Assembly: GCA_938074535.1 (NCBI GenBank)
Contig: CALJER010000008.1
Location: 32,001 to 96,000 of the forward strand
Length of the DNA: 64,000 nt
From: an uncultured archaeon
GTDB taxonomy: Archaea > Hadarchaeota > Hadarchaeia > Hadarchaeales > WYZ-LMO6
Direction of reading: 5' to 3'
In this document: positions 61,721-64,000 of the stretch, in pieces
Position numbering within the stretch: the stretch's first letter is position 1
Layout: every line of letters begins with the position of its first letter
The notes under the pieces: model-generated
What the model was told of the DNA's origin: nothing
The model's database searches: none
The model's input: only the letters and a program-made list of their open reading frames with translations
Position numbers and translations under genes: made by a program

Positions 61721-63178
61721 CTAAGCGCCCCTCTCCGACTCCGAAGGAAGCAGAACGTCGTGGGGTCTGGTCTCCTGGGCCCCCAGCGGGGAGAGAACGG
61801 CGAACCTCGCCTTTTCCCAGAGCTCCCTGATGTTCCTGGCCCCCGCGTACCCCATGGAGGCCTTCAGGCCCAGCACCAGCTCCCTCACGGCGGTGCTCAC
61901 CTCACCCTTGTAGGGCACCCATCCTTCCACCCCCTCCGCTATCCCCTTGGAGGGGATGGAGTACCTGTCCAGGGAGTACCTCTTGGCCATGGCCGAGGGA
62001 CTCCCCATTCCCCTGTACTGCTTGTAGTATCTTCCCCCTATGCTCACCAGCGTACCCGGGGCCTCCCTGCACCTGGCGAGGAGATTCCCGGCCATCACGG
62101 CGGAGGCCCCTGCGGCGAGCGCCAGCGCTATGTCCCCCGGACCTCTGACCCCCCCGTCGGCTATCACGGGGAGCTCCAGCCCGTAGTCCCTCAGGGCATC
62201 GGCCACGCTTGCGGTGGCGTAGAGGGTGGGGGAGCCTGCTTTGGTGACCTCGGTGGTCACGCATATCGAGCCAGAGCCCACTCCCACCCTGAAGCCGGCC
62301 ACTCCCTCCACCTTGGTGATCACGTCCTCCGCGGCCTGATAGGTTCCCACGTTCCCCACCACCAGGTCCGCCTCCACCTCCTCCACCATCTTCTTCGCGG
62401 CCTCCAGCACGGCGGAGTTGTGGAAGTGGGCCACGTCCGTTACCAGCACGTTGACGTACCTGTCCAGCTTCTTCGCCCTCTCCAGGTCGAAGGGGGAAAC
62501 CGCGGCAGCGCACAGGAGCTGTCCCTCCTCGTCCCTTGCCGCCTCCGGGTACTTCCCCCTGAGCATGATGTCCTTGAAGGTGATGAGGCCCTTGAGGTTC
62601 CCGTTTTCGTCCACGATGGGCAGCTTCTCGATCTTGTGCTGGTGGAGCAGGTCCTGCGCCTCCTCCAGGCTTATTCCCTCCCTGGCCGTGACCACCTCCT
62701 TCGTCATCACGTTCTCCACCCTGAACTCGGGATTGGCGAAGCGCACATCCCTGCCCGTCAGAATGCCCACCAGCTTTCCCCCCTTCACCACCGGAAGGCC
62801 CGAGATGTGGTGGGTTTCCATGAGCTTCATGGCCTCCCCCACCGTCTGGTCAGGAGCCACGGTCACCACCTCCCTTATCACCAGGGACTCCGCCCGCTTC
62901 ACCTTCTTGGCCATCTCCACCTGCTCCTCCACGCTGCAGTTCCTGTGGAGCACGCCCACCCCTCCCTCCCTGGCCATCGCTATCGCCATCTCGGTCTCCG
63001 TCACGGTGTCCATCGGGGAGGAGACGAGGGGGATGTTCATGGAGTAGTTCTTGGTGAACCTGGTCCTGATATCGATCTCGGAGGGCTCCACAGCCAGTCC
63101 CGGGAGGAGGATGAGGTCGTGGAAGGTCAGGGCCAGTTCGGCCCCCATCACCTTCTTCCTGAAGCCTCCCTCGGGCAC
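61721..63178 (-). CDS. guaB: IMP dehydrogenase
   Basis: SPMDTVT, CBS pair, GSGSICVT, IADGG, YRGMGS, AEGVEG. Confidence 0.96.
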   Translation of the reverse strand: MPEGGFRKKVMGAELALTFHDLILLPGLAVEPSEIDIRTRFTKNYSMNIPLVSSPMDTVTETEMAIAMAREGGVGVLHRNCSVEEQVEMAKKVKRAESLVIREVVTVAPDQTVGEAMKLMETHHISGLPVVKGGKLVGILTGRDVRFANPEFRVENVMTKEVVTAREGISLEEAQDLLHQHKIEKLPIVDENGNLKGLITFKDIMLRGKYPEAARDEEGQLLCAAAVSPFDLERAKKLDRYVNVLVTDVAHFHNSAVLEAAKKMVEEVEADLVVGNVGTYQAAEDVITKVEGVAGFRVGVGSGSICVTTEVTKAGSPTLYATASVADALRDYGLELPVIADGGVRGPGDIALALAAGASAVMAGNLLARCREAPGTLVSIGGRYYKQYRGMGSPSAMAKRYSLDRYSIPSKGIAEGVEGWVPYKGEVSTAVRELVLGLKASMGYAGARNIRELWEKARFAVLSPLGAQETRPHDVLLPSESERGA

Positions 63179-63216
63179 CCTTCCACCTTTTATACAGGGG
63201 AGGGGGGAGTTTAATC

Positions 63217-63726
63217 CTATCGGAGGACCGTGGAGTTACCCTCGAACTCCCTCAGCAGCTCCTCCACCTCCCTCCTGGCCTTCCCCACCTCCACCACCAC
63301 CACCCCCTCCCCCGGCTGCCCGTAGAGGACCACCGCACCCGGAGGTGACTTGACCACGGCAGCCAGCGTGGCCAGATCCTCCTCACCCTCCACCACTATC
63401 TTCAGGGGAGGAGGGAGATCGAAGGCCTCCCACAGTTCCCTGGAGAGGGTGGCCGGAGGGTTCGCCACCCTCCTCTCCGGAAGATCCAGCTCCTCCACCC
63501 TCCTCCTCTCCTCCCCGGTCAGGGGGGAGCGAAGGCTCTTGAAGTCCACCACGCAGACATCGGGCCTCACCCCCTCCTCCAGCAGGGTGGCGGTCACCCT
63601 GTCGCCCACCGCTACTATCCTCGCCGGTCTCAGGGACCTCGCGTACTTGAGGGCCTCCCCCATGCTGGGAAAGACCTTCCCCAGAGGTTTCTTCAGCCTG
63701 CCCCTCAGGTGCTCGGGGAGCCTCAT
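63217..63726 (-). CDS. GTP-dependent dephospho-CoA kinase (DUF359)
   Basis: LKKPLG, VGD.VT, NPPA, VEGEEDL, YGQPGEG. Confidence 0.9.
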   Translation of the reverse strand: MRLPEHLRGRLKKPLGKVFPSMGEALKYARSLRPARIVAVGDRVTATLLEEGVRPDVCVVDFKSLRSPLTGEERRRVEELDLPERRVANPPATLSRELWEAFDLPPPLKIVVEGEEDLATLAAVVKSPPGAVVLYGQPGEGVVVVEVGKARREVEELLREFEGNSTVLR

Positions 63727-63727
63727 C

Positions 63728-64000
63728 CTACACCCCCAGCCTCCCCAGCAAAAAAGCCAGCAGGCCCAGGAGCATCCAGAGGAGGGAGAGACGCTTCAGC
63801 TCCAGGGCCTCACCGGGGGAGGGATTTCTCACGGAGAGGACCCCCGTGAGGAGGAAGCCGGCGTCCGCCAGCACCACCGCAGGCAGATACCACACCGATA
63901 CTTCCCCCAGCAGGAGGGGGAAGGGGCTGAGGGCCACCGCCAGGAGGTAGAAGAGGAGGACGAAGGGGGCCGCACCCGCCGGGCCCCTGGAAACGGCCAG
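63728..64000 (-). CDS. UbiA-family prenyltransferase, probably DGGGP synthase (5' partial)
   Basis: Frame is open from the window end; C-terminal TM helices AVALSPFP...YL..V..AD...K..M..GLLAF. Confidence 0.6.
   Translation of the reverse strand: MAVSRGPAGAAPFVLLFYLLAVALSPFPLLLGEVSVWYLPAVVLADAGFLLTGVLSVRNPSPGEALELKRLSLLWMLLGLLAFLLGRLGV

Overview
High-GC archaeal chromosome segment: archaeal RNAP subunits with unsplit Rpo2 and split Rpo1N/Rpo1C, aEF-1A, archease and TATA/BRE promoters. A thermophilic anaerobe such as a Hadarchaeota-like lineage is plausible but unproven. Housekeeping blocks are glyS, dCMP deaminase, class III RNR (nrdG-nrdD), thi4, tRNA-Ser(TGA), a PadR-ABC exporter, the rpoH-to-rps10 operon (no EF-2), tRNA-Lys(TTT), a purine cluster (purFCEQLSM, folD, purB, purH), guaB and dephospho-CoA kinase. 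Two accessory blocks are the most interesting. (1) At 7.2-17.1 kb, a class I benzoyl-CoA-reductase/2-hydroxyacyl-CoA-dehydratase-like operon carries a truncated acetyl-CoA-synthase-beta-like protein, a CooC-type ATPase and a small Cys4 protein. It lies head-to-head with a saccharopine-dehydrogenase-like / form IV RuBisCO-like / FGGY kinase cluster. (2) At 46-61.4 kb, a lower-GC acyl-CoA catabolic island encodes Ltp3/Ltp4-like Cys-less thiolase-fold proteins with DUF35 partners, a FadD19-like ligase with a large insert, a BKACE and an acetoacetate-CoA ligase. Smaller oddities are a diverged 26-aa tandem duplication in ribosomal protein uS10, an HTH-YwgA/Panacea fusion between dNTP genes, a class II-like PurE and a frameshifted thioredoxin-like gene missed by the ORF track. 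No CRISPR array, transposase or integrase was seen. All calls come from motif recognition by eye; no searches were run.
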